Of a stretch of 64,000 nt of DNA, positions 1 through 13,043 are shown in pieces. Location: positions 1 through 64,000 of the forward strand of contig NMRA01000742.1 of assembly GCA_002633005.1 (NCBI GenBank), read 5' to 3'. The notes under the pieces were generated by a model. It was given only the letters and a program-made list of their open reading frames with translations, was not told the origin of the DNA and did no database searches. Numbering within the stretch: the first letter of the stretch is position 1; every line of letters starts with the position of its first letter. Position numbers and translations under genes: made by a program. Origin of the DNA: Phoronis australis (lineage: Eukaryota > Animalia > Phoronida).

Positions 1-49
1 AAGTTCGTTTCAGGGGGGGGCTTATTACATCCCAAGGCCGTTGAAACCC

Positions 50-200
50 GCCTCCCGTTCAGTAACGCTAGGACCTCGCTAAAAAGCAAGACTTCACAAG
101 ATTACGCGAGATATTGCCGTGCATTTTAAATAAGAACGCGTGAGTTTGACTAGGTTTTAGCTAGGTCCTACCGTAGGTCCTAGTGTCTACTGAACGCACG
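50..200. mobile_element. ~150-bp MITE-like element (copy 1)
   Basis: Imperfect terminal inverted repeats (cgttcagtaacgctaggacct ... aggtcctagtgtctactgaacg). A second, similar copy is at 11711-11852. Confidence 0.75.
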
Positions 201-1639
201 CAAGGTCTCCGAAATGGGTGCAGCTAAGATTCATCATATTTATGCTCTGTGACGTATCTTTAATCTATGAAAGACTTTCTACAAAACGGTGGTGCATTGC
301 TATCAAACTTTGCTGCTAAATTACGATCATTTTACAGAAAATTGTGCTGAAATCCCAGGGCGAAAACTTGCCGACTGCCTGCCTCGCAATCGTCAATATG
401 GTGACTTGAATGCTTGAATAAAAATAGAGTTTCGACTCAAGCAAATTACCAGAAATTCTCCATAAGTTTTCCAAGTAGCGTCCCTAAAGTTCCCGTGGAG
501 TCGGGATCACAGCAGGTTTAAGAACAAATCTGTGCTACATCGTGCCCCCTACATGTTATTGTATGATCGGCAACATGAGAAAAATGTCAGGATGAACACA
601 CATGTTGTTGACACGTGACGTTTGTTTTGAAATTGTCTGCGTTTGTGAGTAAGCGAGTGCGTGCGTGTCACCAGAGTTCATTTGCCAGAGCCACGCAATC
701 TAACGAGCTAGATGTGCATTGTATCTAAAGAAATTTGCACAAGCAGTTGGCCTAACCAGAGCGCATTTCATTCAGCACTTGCCAGTCTCATGTGCTAAAA
801 ACGTTCGACATTTGTCTCGGTAAGGCCATATTAGTCGTCGTGAGGCTGGATGCGTATGTGACTATCTGACAGTTATTTTTCGGTGTAAGGGTGTGTAAGC
901 ATTCACTGTCAGTGATTATTTTATCGGATATTTGGCTTAAAAACACCACATACGGTTAATCAAACAATTAGTCTTAAAAATAACGCAAACATTTTTTATA
1001 GTATTAGAAACTGTCGGAAATGAGTGCCAATATTCATTTCTTGCCGATGCTATGCTACCCATTTCATGAATGGATAGTTCCCGACTAATGTCTGATGACA
1101 GGTTCATGTATGTAGCGCACACTTCCTGGCCACCTGCTTTTAACACTGGCCAAGCTTTTTATTAGTCTTTGATTCGCGGTTTTCACATGGAGGCCTACAA
1201 AGAAATTTGGATTCCTGTTGAAAGCGGGAAATATCTACAAAGCAATCCCGTAGAAAAGTACACTACTTCTGTTCTGAAAGGCCAGACCATTGGTCCTCGC
1301 AATATAAGCAGAACTTTTGTGTTTTCGGCTAAATACCGACATAGCAGCGAGGCTCGTAGTCTACAAATTCTGCGCACAATAATTTTTTCAGGACTGTCGG
1401 ATATTATTGATAAATTGAAGATGTTACTGTAGAATTTTAGGACTATAGTTAAGGCATTTTTCGCACGTACACGTTCATGGTGTAAGCAAAGCCTGAAAAC
1501 GCGTGGGGGGGCGCTTATAGGGGAATGGGCGGTTATTACGGCTAATACGGTAGTCAAAATAATAATAAAAAAAGAGACAAAAAGGGAATGGAAGAAACTG
1601 AATCAAAAAAGAGGAAATCGAATGCCTATACATGAATAG

Positions 1640-2185
1640 TTTCACTCAGGCTACACAACCCCACAAATAATCCCTTCACAACCCACACATCTACACACTT
1701 AGTTTCACTTAGACAACACAACCCTACCATTAACCATTTAATAACCCACACTGTGTATACATTACTTAGCGTCACATAGACTAAACAACCCTACCAATAA
1801 CCACTTCCTAACCCACAATGGTATACATTACTTAGCTTCACTAAGACTAACAACCCTACCAATAACCACTTCATATCCCAGACGTCTATACACTCAGCTT
1901 CACTAAGACTAAACAATCCTACCAATAACCACTTCATAACCCACACGTGTATATTACATAACTTGGCTTCACTAAGACTACACAACCCTACCAATAACCA
2001 CTTCATAACCCAGACGTCTATACAGTCACTTAGCTTCACAAAGACTAAACAACCCTACCAATAACCACTTCATAACCCACACCTGTATACATTACTTAGC
2101 TTCACTAAGACTAAACAACCCTACCAATAACCACTTCATAACCCACACGTGTATACATTACTTGGCTTCACTTAGACTGCACAAC
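1640..2185. repeat. Minisatellite, ~62-66 bp unit, ~8 copies
   Basis: Recurring aagactaaacaaccctaccaataaccacttcataacccac...ttagcttcact. Confidence 0.9.
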
Positions 2186-3439
2186 ATGTCTGTTGCCACT
2201 TTCTTCTTCCATTCATCGTCAATCTTGGGAGGCTGGCTCCATGGCATGGCTTGAATCAGCTGAAGGTACAACAGGAGACAGCTCAGGAAAACAGTTGAAA
2301 ACGGTGAAGACCCAAAGGTAGATTACATACAAGATCACACCAAGCCTGTGAGCCTGGAATCATTTTTAAAACAATGAATGTTCGAAAGATGAGATGAGTT
2401 AATTGCATGTGTTGGTAAGTGTCTAATGAAGATGTAGCAACGAAAGCAAATTTTGTTGGTTAGACACACAAGATTTAAATAAATCAGTAAATCAAAAAGA
2501 CTTTTGAATTTACCACAGCTGGGACAGTGCAAAACAGACTGAACTTAATGTATCAGAAAGCATCTCCCTTCTAGAAATAATTGGGCAACCCCATAGACGC
2601 TTAGTAAGGTCTACCATTATGGAAACCCACACAACTGATAAAGATCTCGGGCAAGTTTCTAGTTATGCAACACGGTGATATCGGCAACGACAGAGCAAAA
2701 GTTGGCATACTGTCTTCATTATGCTCAACATTTACAAGTTCATTAAAATTTAGACATAAAATTGATTAGCAAATTGCAGGGAAATTTGGTTAAAAAGGCG
2801 AATCAGAAATGTCAACAAAGCAGCAAGTGTTTAAAGACGAAATCTTCAAGAACACAACAACCACACTAGCATAAATCCAACATTTTAAAAACTATGTGAA
2901 CCTCGAAGGTTTCACGTTGGACTATACCAATTCCATCCTTCAGACTAAAACACAGTCAGGTATTCGGGATGTGCTGAATTATTCAACACGTGAGTAGAAA
3001 TAAAGATCTACATCCACTAACAGAAAGATTAGTTATCAGTCTGCTTAGTGATACCACACTAAGAAACACCAAGCACAGAATTCAAATCACAAGCTGATTG
3101 CTGGTGTGTGCACCTAGCAGAAAACATGTGATTCAAATACAAATACTATTATGTTACTAATCTAAACGGCGAATTAGGTGAGCCATCGCATCAACAACCG
3201 AGTGGCCAAACCCTTGTGTTAGACCAAACACCTACTAGATTCCACGCATTCATGCAGACATATGTTTTAGTAATGATACATACTGAGTCCCATAGCACCT
3301 ACAAGGAACAAGTGAAACTCAGCCGACTTTGGCAGTAATCACAGGTGGAGTCAAACAAATCGTGCAATTTTTGTAAAACAGTTGTGAAATTGTCCGACAG
3401 ACTGTGATAGAAAATATGAAATTGTCTGATTGACATGCT

Positions 3440-3529
3440 GTCACAGATACTGTGACAACTGACCAAAGCGTGACAGGTGAGTGACAGATACTGTGACAAC
3501 TGACCAAAGCGTGACAGGTGAGTGACAGA
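3440..3529. repeat. 41-bp tandem repeat running into an N gap
   Basis: gtgacagatactgtgacaactgaccaaagcgtgacaggtga x2+, ending at N3530. Confidence 0.8.
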
Positions 3530-5055
3530 NTGAACTTGACAAGTATTTAATAGTTTTCCCTAGGCTCAAGCTGTACAATGTACGTAAAGCAGATTGATAT
3601 TAGCTACGCATAACACTAGGTAAAAACAAAGTTGAGAAAATGGGATTGCAGCCGCTGTGTGACCTCATGTTGGGCTCAGATTACATTAGCTACTTTGTAT
3701 AAATTCTTTGAACAAACCGTGTCAAGTGTGTGCCACAATGAGGTCTCTCTCCACAGGTGAGCAATATAAGAAACTACCTGTTTATCAGTTCCGTATTGAA
3801 ATTTTGGAAACTTGAGTTAATAAATGTGAACTGTCGAAAGCAACAAACTAGAATCTAATTGTGCACCACTGGCGTGTTTATCTACAGTTCAATTGTTGTA
3901 GGTAATATTTACCTGTTTCATCTTCTCTAGCAGTATCCTTGCGAATGATGACCCCGCCCTAACTGTGATGTCTACTTTGTACGCTGCATTCAGGATCTGA
4001 CAGAAAAGAGTTACGATAGAGTTTAACGTGTAAGTTTTTCGAAATAATTTCCATTCGATACCTGGAGCCCATTCCATTAAAAGTGACTTTAGGCTGAAGT
4101 CAGAAATTTTATATTGTGTTCCAGACACAGAAATCTAAGGTAGGTGGTATCAGTGATGTATCAAACATAGCACGACTACTGCAAATTCCTTGTATACACT
4201 ACAACATTAGTTATGATGAGCGAGTTAAAACCAACTCATTCTCTTTAAAGCCTAACTTCAACGGAGTTAAGATCTATCGGGCTTACTATAAAGTCCTAGC
4301 AAAGCCTTAGCAAAATAAGAAAAAGCGAGTTTAATCACTCAAACATAGCCCCATCAAATGATAGATGAAATCGCCTTTTCGTGCCACATTGCATCACCGC
4401 GAGAATCGAGCACAAACACCAAAAACCAATATTAGTTGTATTGAATAGGCGTCTGAATAGAACATCAGTGCATAAGGGTGTTATTTGAACCTGTATGAAT
4501 TAAAAGGGGATTCTAGCGGTGATGAAGACAAAAGTCAATAAGCAAAACAGTTCACTCCATTTAGCAATTCATGGCACTGGTGGGATCGAAGCGATGTCCT
4601 TAACATACTGTAAGAACCAAGTTTACATGTGGTACTGCTCAAGATGGCTTTAATAGACCTAATTCACGCCGCAGGAGGAGTGTTCCAAAATGAGGCTCGC
4701 TACGATATCTCTGTTGGCTTATCGGCTTATTGATTGTATTCCGCGTTGCTCGAACGGCTAGAAAAAATACGGAACTCAACTGTCTGTTTTACAATCCTTG
4801 AGGACGTTGAGATTCGGAAACATTGGGTCGTTGCCATACGCGTGACGAAGGAAAATGTGTGTAAAATTTATAAATGTTTTCGGAAAGTTAGATCATCTTT
4901 TGTCACATCTCGGTTGCCGAGCGTCATATCAACGACCAGCCCAGAATCTTCGGTCAACCAGGCTGTGTTTTCATCACTACGGGTTGAAAGATGATGCACG
5001 TTTCTTTCCAAAAAAGACAGGGCCCTCNTAAACTGGAGTAAATATTTGAAGAAGA

Positions 5056-5220
5056 ATGCCTGATTGTTGTGTAGTTGGAGGCTGTGGCAATACGCCAAGG
5101 GCTGGGGTATCTTTGAACAAGTTTCCCACTGATCCAAGACTGCGTCGCAAGTGAGAATACTTTGCGAAGTCCACGAGTGAAGTGTCGCCGTATTTGGTAG
5201 TATGTAGAGAACATATTTCA
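5056..5220 (+). pseudogene. Degenerate THAP (C2CH) domain, DNA-transposon relic
   Basis: MPDCCVVGGCGN...FPTDPRLRRK*EYF...VCREH: the THAP C-x4-C, FP, C-x2-H pattern, with the conserved Trp mutated to TGA. Confidence 0.7.
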
Positions 5221-7994
5221 ATGGACTGCTCCTAGAACGACAGCCTGTGATCTGAGTATGGTTGTAAACCAGGATGAGTGAACTTTTAGAGAGTATTCGA
5301 AACGGTACATGCCGTTAATTTTCCGGAAGCTAGTGGGCCTTGAGCTAGTATTAACAACCTAACATTTAAAATGGCGGATAGCATCGACGTACACTGTGGG
5401 ACAGGATTAGTGCTAGAAGTAACCAGTAGATTGATTTTCTTTTGAATTACAGTTTTTGCAACATACCCGTAAGTGTTTGTTGGTAGGTGTGCTGAAGAGC
5501 TTGATGCTCGTTACCTGTCGTTGCAATCCATTGAATTTTAGCCTAGTCGATCGTTAGCTGGACTAAATGAGCAGTTAGAGTAAGGCTGTCCAACCGATCT
5601 TTTTTCGATTTGCAGAAATACTTCCAATATAATCGGAAAGATAATGCATCCAACTCAATAAAAATTGAAAAATTATCAAAATCGGGTTAAGCAGTGCACA
5701 TTTATTGCAATTTTGGTGGCGAAATTTGGGTCATTTGTTTGGATCTGGTTGGCCATCTTGGACAAGAGTGGCATAAGTTACCAGTTTAAAACCGTGCATA
5801 ATTTATCTTCACCAATAATTTATGATGAAATTTAGTGAGAAATATCTATACCTACTATTCTGAGCCATTCAGTAGTTTTCATTGGACTTCAACCAAGCAC
5901 ATGTTACATATTGAGTGCTAAAAATGCTCACAATTCCCGTTAAGACTTAGTTTCATTTCCGGCGGCACCAACAACATGGCGACTTCTGCTGAACTGAAGG
6001 GCATGTTCAATCGGCTATTTTGTACTTCGTAAAGTTTTAACTTTCGATACATATTGATGAAAATTGCTACAAAAAGCAACTTTGCACAATGTTTATGTTT
6101 TTGTGCAAAAAAATATAAGGAATATACAAATTATTGCAGTGTGAATATCTCATTCAGTTAACAATACACTCAGTAAAAATAGTTGAAAAAGTTTTGAAAT
6201 CGCTTTTTCTTTGAAAGTCTATTGCGCTTCAAGGTTTGATTATGTCTCACAACATAATTCATATTTTTCTAAATTTTACACATGAATCGTTCTTTCAATA
6301 CATGCGTTGTGAATTTTTGTGTTCTTACTGCAAGTTACCAAGGCCCAAAATGTAAAGGCTCTTAATTAGAGTAATAGGCCATGTTGGATCGTGAAGCTTC
6401 CAGCCTCCAATCCTTTTTCCGTGCAACTTTTTATTTTTTCAAATCATGCTTGTGGAATTTTAATGAAAGGAAATACCTGGTCGCCATGGTAATAGTTAGG
6501 CATATCCACTTTCATATCATGTAAATTTGTCTTGTTGTTGGATAACGTTTGTAATGCTTAAATGTTCAAAAATACTGTGCATTCTAAGTTACTTATTTTG
6601 GTAAAAGATTAGATCATTTTGACTCACATGTAAACTTTACTGTACTGAGATTATTTCAGTTGTGACTTGTGTACAGTAGCAGGAACCTTCAACTACCTTG
6701 AAAGTATTTCACTGTAGAAACCAAATATATAATTCCGACTGAAAGCACTAGATTTTAATTTGAACTGTGGATTAAGTCATAATCGTCCTCTGATTTGTTA
6801 TTTGATTTCTATGACTCAGTGACCAAAGCACGATAGAATTAACTTGCCGTAATGAACGGCTGAAATAATATGTTCACTAGCATCTTCAGGTAATATTTCT
6901 TGATGCCTTGGGTTTATTATTATTTCAATAGATTAACACATGAATTTAAAAAAACAAGTTCAGAAGACTTCCATTTCAAGTGTTCTTGTAATTCTGTCAT
7001 TGAGATTGCCACCTCCATTCAAATTTCAATTATATACTTGGTTAAATTAAAAGGTGTTTCCCTTTTTTCTCACTGCTGAAAATCAAAAAATGAAAACTGC
7101 AATATTTTGTAATAGGCTTGATTATTTGTGACACACTGGTCTTTACATCTCCTTGGTGAAAAACAATTTAATTATGCCAACAAATGGAGTTGAAAGGAAT
7201 TATCAAATGAAGCAAGCAAAATTTTGGAGGGTTGGCTGCTTGTAGCCATTGCAATACACAGCTGTCTTCCTGATCTGACATCACAGACAGTTACGTCATC
7301 ACATATGCCTGTTCTCCGAATTGTCTCGGAAAAGGCCATCACTGCTGTGGACAAGAAATGCCCCGAGCAACAGATTCACACAGTGCTATTATTTGTTTTA
7401 AAAAGCACTTGTTTTGGTGTGAAACTATGTCTTTAAAGTACATTGAAACAGAAAGTTATTCACTTTGTTGGCATCATGGCTACAGCATGAACTCTGATAC
7501 TGCCTCAGTTGACTTATGATCACTTTCACGTGTTTCGCTCTTTTTCAAGATCGGGAATTGAGAAAATATTGACATCACGTCCAAACTTTCCACAAGTACC
7601 ACAAATGCAAAATGATCTCAAAACAACTCGATCGAGGCTTTCTTGGACTTTGTTTCTGAACATGCACCGATGGAGGCTTCTCCCTAGTGTGGGTTATTTT
7701 GAAAATTAACCGTACAGCCTAAAGTTTCAAAAATCTCACCAATTTCGGAAGGCCAACGTTTTTGCGAAAGCCCACAATTTTTCAAACCTTTGTCTCCTGG
7801 TAGCTGTGGTAAGTATTTAATTTGGTGCTGCAATCTTTCATGGCAAAAATGGTCAAACAAAATTCGCTCATTGGTCATAACTGCGTCCTTAACTGGTAAT
7901 ATTTTCCAGTAGCAATTTTAAGAAATTCTCATAAGCATGCCCTTTCAATGTGACTGCATTTCATTCGGTAATGGGCGTGGCCAGTACAACTTAC

Positions 7995-8069
7995 CTCTTG
8001 ATTTGCACACACTAGCTCCTCTTCTAAGGTTGAGACTCGCTCTAGTGCTACCCGTAACCTTTCACGCAC
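7995..8069 (-). CDS. PPFIA: Liprin-alpha internal coding exon (N-terminal coiled coil)
   Basis: 75-bp phase 0-0 exon bounded by tgcag|...|gtaagt. It encodes VRERLRVALERVSTLEEELVCANQE, which I recognise as near-identical to the liprin-alpha coiled-coil peptide. Confidence 0.85.
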
Positions 8070-8939
8070 CTGCAATATTGGGAGACAACGCGTCAAATGA
8101 GTCATACACAGCAGCAGCAGATGGAAGATCTGGTACTCACAAGGTGGCGCTAACATAGAATGAAACTGTCTTATTCACCAACATTGGGTGAGAGGGTTCG
8201 GGACTACCTGAGTGTCTGCACTCATACTAGGACAATCATTTCAATAGCACAATATAGTGATTTTTTAACTTTCCAATAAAGCATAAAATTACAGTACAAG
8301 CCAAAAGTGTTAAGACAAAATGACCCAGAATTCCTTGTTACGACGGCTGGGCGGAAGCCCCATTCACCATCAGAGAAGTCTTTCCTCATGATCGAGAATG
8401 AAGGGAAATTAACAGGAAAGTTAGCAAGGAGTGGGAAGCGGCAAATTGCAATTCTCACATCACAAAATAATCTTTCTTCTCTTGCAAAAGTAGAAAAATG
8501 CATTTTACGATTGACCTAGTTTTCAAATTGTAGGGATGCCAACACACTCCTGAGCCGAGTCCAGCAAGTGAAGAGCATTTTATCGCACTTCATTTAGCAA
8601 TCCAAATATTTTATGACTGCAGTGGAACTCACAAATTTATGTAACCATAACAATTAATTGGCCTCAGAATGACAAGTGACAAACCATTAAGTCTTTATGC
8701 AAATTCATGACCAGCGTGGCCGTATTGAACAACTGGGGGGCAAGTGCCCTGAGGAAGAGTAGCATTGTGGGTAAATATTGCAGAATTATAGAGGGTGCTA
8801 TGGTATTTCGGGGTTATTGTTGTTATTAATGCCGCACATCAGTGAGGCACTTTTCCATCTTCATTGTTGCCCTACCGTGAAACAAATATTATTTACCACA
8901 ACCAAGTTTTAACTTCATTCAATGATGCTTTAATAACAA

Positions 8940-9056
8940 AAAATTATACAGTTAGACGAACTTACCTTAAGTGAAGGATGACTGTAATTTTATGTATCCC
9001 CAGAATTCCCCCAGAGTGCTAACATGAGATACGGACATGCGCAAAGCGAACCATTC
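8940..9056. repeat. DIRS 3' inverted terminal repeat with extension
   Basis: ~8985-9056 is an imperfect reverse complement of ~14186-14254; 8940-9026 is the exact reverse complement of 9109-9195. Confidence 0.9.
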
Positions 9057-9108
9057 TTTAAAGCTCTTCTGTGATCAAGAGAGTGCTAACAGGGTGGGAT
9101 GTGGAGGG

Positions 9109-9231
9109 CATGTTAGCACTCTGGGGGAATTCTGGGGATACATAAAATTACAGTCATCCTTCACTTAAGGTAAGTTCGTCTAACTGTATAATTTTATTCC
9201 TCCCAGAATTCCCCCGAGTACTACCATGAGA
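9109..9231. repeat. DIRS internal complementary region (ICR)
   Basis: 87 bp exactly complementary to the left end (8940-9026), joined through aatttt to 42 bp exactly complementary to the right end (14213-14254). Confidence 0.92.
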
Positions 9232-9313
9232 CTTGAAAGTTGATCACAGAAAGTGGACAGCAAACAACACCAAATGTTTCAAGTAATTTGTATTGGTAGA
9301 TCAACGTATACAA

Positions 9314-10270
9314 TTATTGCAATACAAAGTCTGCCAAGGTTTTAGATTCTCTGTTGATAGGTCTCTTGTAATATTTGCTAAATGTCGAAGGCCGTGACCA
9401 ACCACCTGCCTTCATAATCTCCTCAACAGTGGCTCCAGACACACTAGCTTGTTAACAGAAGCTGATCTAACACTACCGGGTTTATATACATTGACATTTA
9501 TACCAGCCTCCGATAAGACGTTTCGGATCCATCGCCGTACAGTTACCAGTATCACCTGTGGCTGCTTTATACGGTCTAGTAACGGTAAGAAATAGTGCTT
9601 TACATGACCCCCGATAGTCTAGAGTACGTTTTAAGTACAGTCAAATAACGATAAATGCACAACCGCTTATCTGACGGAAAAACTTCAGGTGTAACAGTTC
9701 AGGTTTATAATTAAGACGGCCTTGTTTAAGATCCTTGCTTGCAATGGTAAAGGTAAATTTAGAGGCTAAAATGTTCATGGAATCTACGTTAAGGGCAGAG
9801 ATGATCTGCGGACGTTGTCCAGTGAGAATCAGTATAAGCATAACAGTCTTCATAGTTAATTTCGCTATTGGTAACAACTTAGCCGGACCCCATGACTTTA
9901 GGAAATCTAACACTACATTCACGTCCCAGGTAGCAACATAACGAGGCCTAGGGGGTTCATATTTGCAACACCCTTCATAAAACGTACATCTGGATTAGAA
10001 CCAAAGGTCTCAATGCCTGGTAAAATCTTAACAGAAGAAAGTGCAGAGCGGGCAGTATTAGGACACTGTAGTCCTTATTATGGTTGACAAGTGTTTGGAG
10101 AAAAGAAAGTCCCTCTCCTACAGGTACAAACACTGGAGCAATGTTCCTCTGACTACAATAGAGAATCCACTGTTTGATGTAGCAGCTGTAGAGGTCTGAA
10201 GAGGACTTTCGTCGGGACGCCATGATGGTGGTGATGACAGATGGGCTGTATCTTTTTGTCTGTAGAGCCT
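9314..10270 (-). pseudogene. DIRS tyrosine recombinase, frameshifted
   Basis: RRKSSSDLYSCYIKQW (N-terminal domain), TWDVNVVLDFL, LILTGQR, LFLTVTRPY, RWIRNVLSEAGI, KPGSVRSAS, IMKAGGWSRPSTFSKYY; spread over several frames. Confidence 0.9.
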
Positions 10271-10660
10271 GCCTGACAAGTGCGTCACCATCAGGTAGAG
10301 TTTGTCCATGGGCCGGGCCTGAGGTCTAGAAGGTAAAACCAAAGTATGATTTGTAGCTGGAACGATAAACGGTGTCCCTATGACCATGGGAGTCATCATA
10401 GTAAACCAGGGCTTTGTTGGCCAGAAGGGCACAATGATAATACCATCAGCCTCGTCCATAATCCTTTTTGGAATGACTGTATTCAAAAATCGCGAATGGT
10501 GGAAAAGCATAAATCAATTTGTAATTCCCCCAATGACACATATAGCTATCCACCAATGCAGCTTCTGGGTCTGGTTGCCAAGAGCAAAAGGGTTTCACCT
10601 TATAATTAAGTCTTGATGCGAACAAATCAATGGAAGGGGTCCCAAATTTGAGCAAATTAT
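10270..10660 (-). pseudogene. DIRS Dam-like methyltransferase domain, frameshifted
   Basis: IDLFASRLN ... YAFPPF ... IIIVPFWPTKPWF. Confidence 0.85.
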
Positions 10661-10699
10661 CCGAAAAACATGTGGAAGTAATGTCCACTCGGTTCCATG

Positions 10700-12270
10700 T
10701 TTGATAACCCGGGATGCTGTGTCTGCAGCGACATTTTGTTTACCAGGGCAAAAGCCAGCTGACAACCAAATGTTTCTCTCGAGTAACCAGAGCCAGATTT
10801 TCGGGTAACCTTGTTACAGCGATATGAGTGTACAGAGCCCCAATGACGTATACACTGCGTTGTTGTTGTGTTGTCAGTCATGACCCGTAAATGAGTATTT
10901 CTCATGTCCGCAAATACAGATTGTAAGGAATAATAAACTGCAGTGAGTTCAAGCTCATTAATATGCCAAGTAATTGCAGTGTAATCCCAACGCCCACCAA
11001 ACGTATTATTCCGAGAAGGAATATTGCAACCCCATCCCTGTAAACTAGCATCGGTGTAGAACACACAGTCAGGGTCACCGAGGTACACTGAAGCAAAGCA
11101 GTGAGCAACATTAGTGGTCCACCAAGATAGATCTTGATAAGCAAGTTGACTAAGGGACATGACACTCTCAAAGTTACGACCGGATTGCTGCAGAGCAACA
11201 TTCTTGTCGATTTCCAGCTGCTTTGTAAACAGTTGTGCATAGCGATTGCCAGGTTGGGTTGCCAGTAATGTACCCACTAACTTTGCAACATCCCCTATAG
11301 AGATACAATCCATACATAAAAAATTCATTAAGCAGAGAGATAAGCTTCTCTGCTTTGGAGGGCGGTAAAGTGGCGGTCATTGTTCTCGAGTTAATATGGA
11401 ACCCTAAAAAGTCTATTTCGTGAGAAGGTCTCAAAACGCTCTTAGTTTTACTGACTGTGAAACCAAGATCTTGTAGTAATGTTGCTGTCAGTACCCCATC
11501 ATTTTCACACTTGCCAGGGTCAGAATTCACAATTAAGGTGTCATCTATGTAGGCCGTTATAGTGACATCATGAACGCGGCGAAGTTCCGCCAGGGGCATC
11601 TTAAGCAACTTAGTGAAGATACGCGGTCCTGAACTTAAACCATTCGGCAAAGCCGTAAATTGGTAAAGCGCGTCATCATGCCTGAATCGCAAGTATTTCC
11701 GGTGATGCCAGCCTCCCGTTCAGTAACGTTAGGACCTCGCTAAAAAGCAAGACTTCGCGAGATTACGTGAGATATTGCCGTGTATTTTAAAAATGAGAAC
11801 ACATGACTTTGACTAGATTTTTGCCTAGGTCCTAGCGTCTACTGAACGCACGCCTGGCTATTGGGATGCTATAATAAGCGTCAGACAAATCTAAGCTGAG
11901 AAAGTAACAATCCCGCGTCACTAAGCGAAGTGCCGATTCAAAGGTATCCATTTTGAAATGATGATAAGCAACATAAGAGTTTAAGGTCTTCAAATTAAGG
12001 ATAAACCGAAACTCATTTGCAACTTTCTTAGGTCGAAGAAAAACGGGAGACACAAATTGTCCAGGAGAGTGAGGACAGCGTCCAATGACTTGTTTAGCCA
12101 GCATGGATTGAATTTCCCTACGCAGGAATTGTTGCTCAAGGGCGAAAATTTTTGCATTGGTACCTGGTTTTGTTTGAGTAGGAAGCAGGCCAAATTCAAT
12201 TTCATAGCCGGTGACAATGGCTAGTATGCGGGGATCCTTAGTAATCTGACGCCACTTAGGGACACACCTC
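10700..12270 (-). pseudogene. DIRS reverse transcriptase / RNase H, interrupted and frameshifted
   Basis: WRQITKDPRIL, FVSPVFLRPKK, FRFILNLKTLN, DLSDAYYSIP, LPNGLSSGPRIFTK, YIDD, FLGF; RNase H YTDASLQGWG, HINELEL, TDNTT, NVAADTASR. Confidence 0.93.
11711..11852. mobile_element. MITE-like element (copy 2) inserted in DIRS RT
   Basis: Same family as 50-200. It splits SIPIA from HHRKYLRF, and removing it plus 3 bp restores the RT frame. Confidence 0.85.
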
Positions 12271-12272
12271 TG

Positions 12273-13043
12273 GCCAAGGAGGTCTCCGAGGTCAGAGAGG
12301 ACCAAGGATATTTTACTTACGGAAGATGAGTCTATTTCCGATTGGCAGTCGGTCTGGTGGCTGTTGCTGGCTTCCCATTTGGCGGACCAATCCGAGGAAC
12401 AAGCGTCGCCAGTATCGGACGCTGTTGCGTCCCTTGTCAACTCCCTATGGGAGCGGGGTAAGGCTTTCGATATAAAGCAGGCACATGATAACCATCCCCG
12501 GTCCGACAACATTACAGTCCACAAGACGGACTTGAATGAGGAAATTGCGGACGTGGTGCAGAACCACAAAACTGTGAAATTCAAAGAGGGCCAGTTGAAG
12601 TCTGCACAGTCGGCAATAGCCAGGGCGGCCATTCCCTTGAGTAAATTGGTTGACACCCTTATCACCACAGCTCCCAAACATCTAAACGCCAAGGACTTGG
12701 TGGACAACACTGTAGACGCGCTAGGTCTCCTGGGGTATGCTAACGCAAAGATCAACTCCACTAGACGGACATTATCAAGCCCCATCTCAACTCAAAGTAC
12801 CATTCGGCACTCAACATGGCCAGTACCTCAGACAAGCTCCTGTTTGGAGACCAGTTGGGAGAGAAGTGCAAGCAGGCCCTAATCTCGCCCGGACTCCCAT
12901 GACTGCGAGACACTCGACACGCCGGCCGTCGCCCTACCCTGCCTCCTACAGACGGGCCTATCAGCGCCAGCCGCAACACGGTTATCGCCCTTTTCTAGGT
13001 AAGCATTCCTTTATACTGTCGAATGCACCAAATTTTATGCGGC
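12273..13043 (+). pseudogene. DIRS gag-like core, inverted relative to the rest of the element
   Basis: Plus-strand ...DALGLLGYANAKINSTRR/IKPHLNSKY...LLFGDQL...RPFLG matches the DIRS ORF1 pattern, while RT and YR are on the minus strand. Confidence 0.8.

Noticed and set aside
2185-2262. Possible next liprin-alpha exon (LIQAMPWSQPPK...)
   Set aside because: Plausible acceptor, but no clear donor and no recognisable liprin similarity
11832-12785. 317-aa minus-strand ORF as a complete RT protein with a novel N-terminus
   Set aside because: Its first half is just the antisense of the inverted gag, and its last residues come from the MITE
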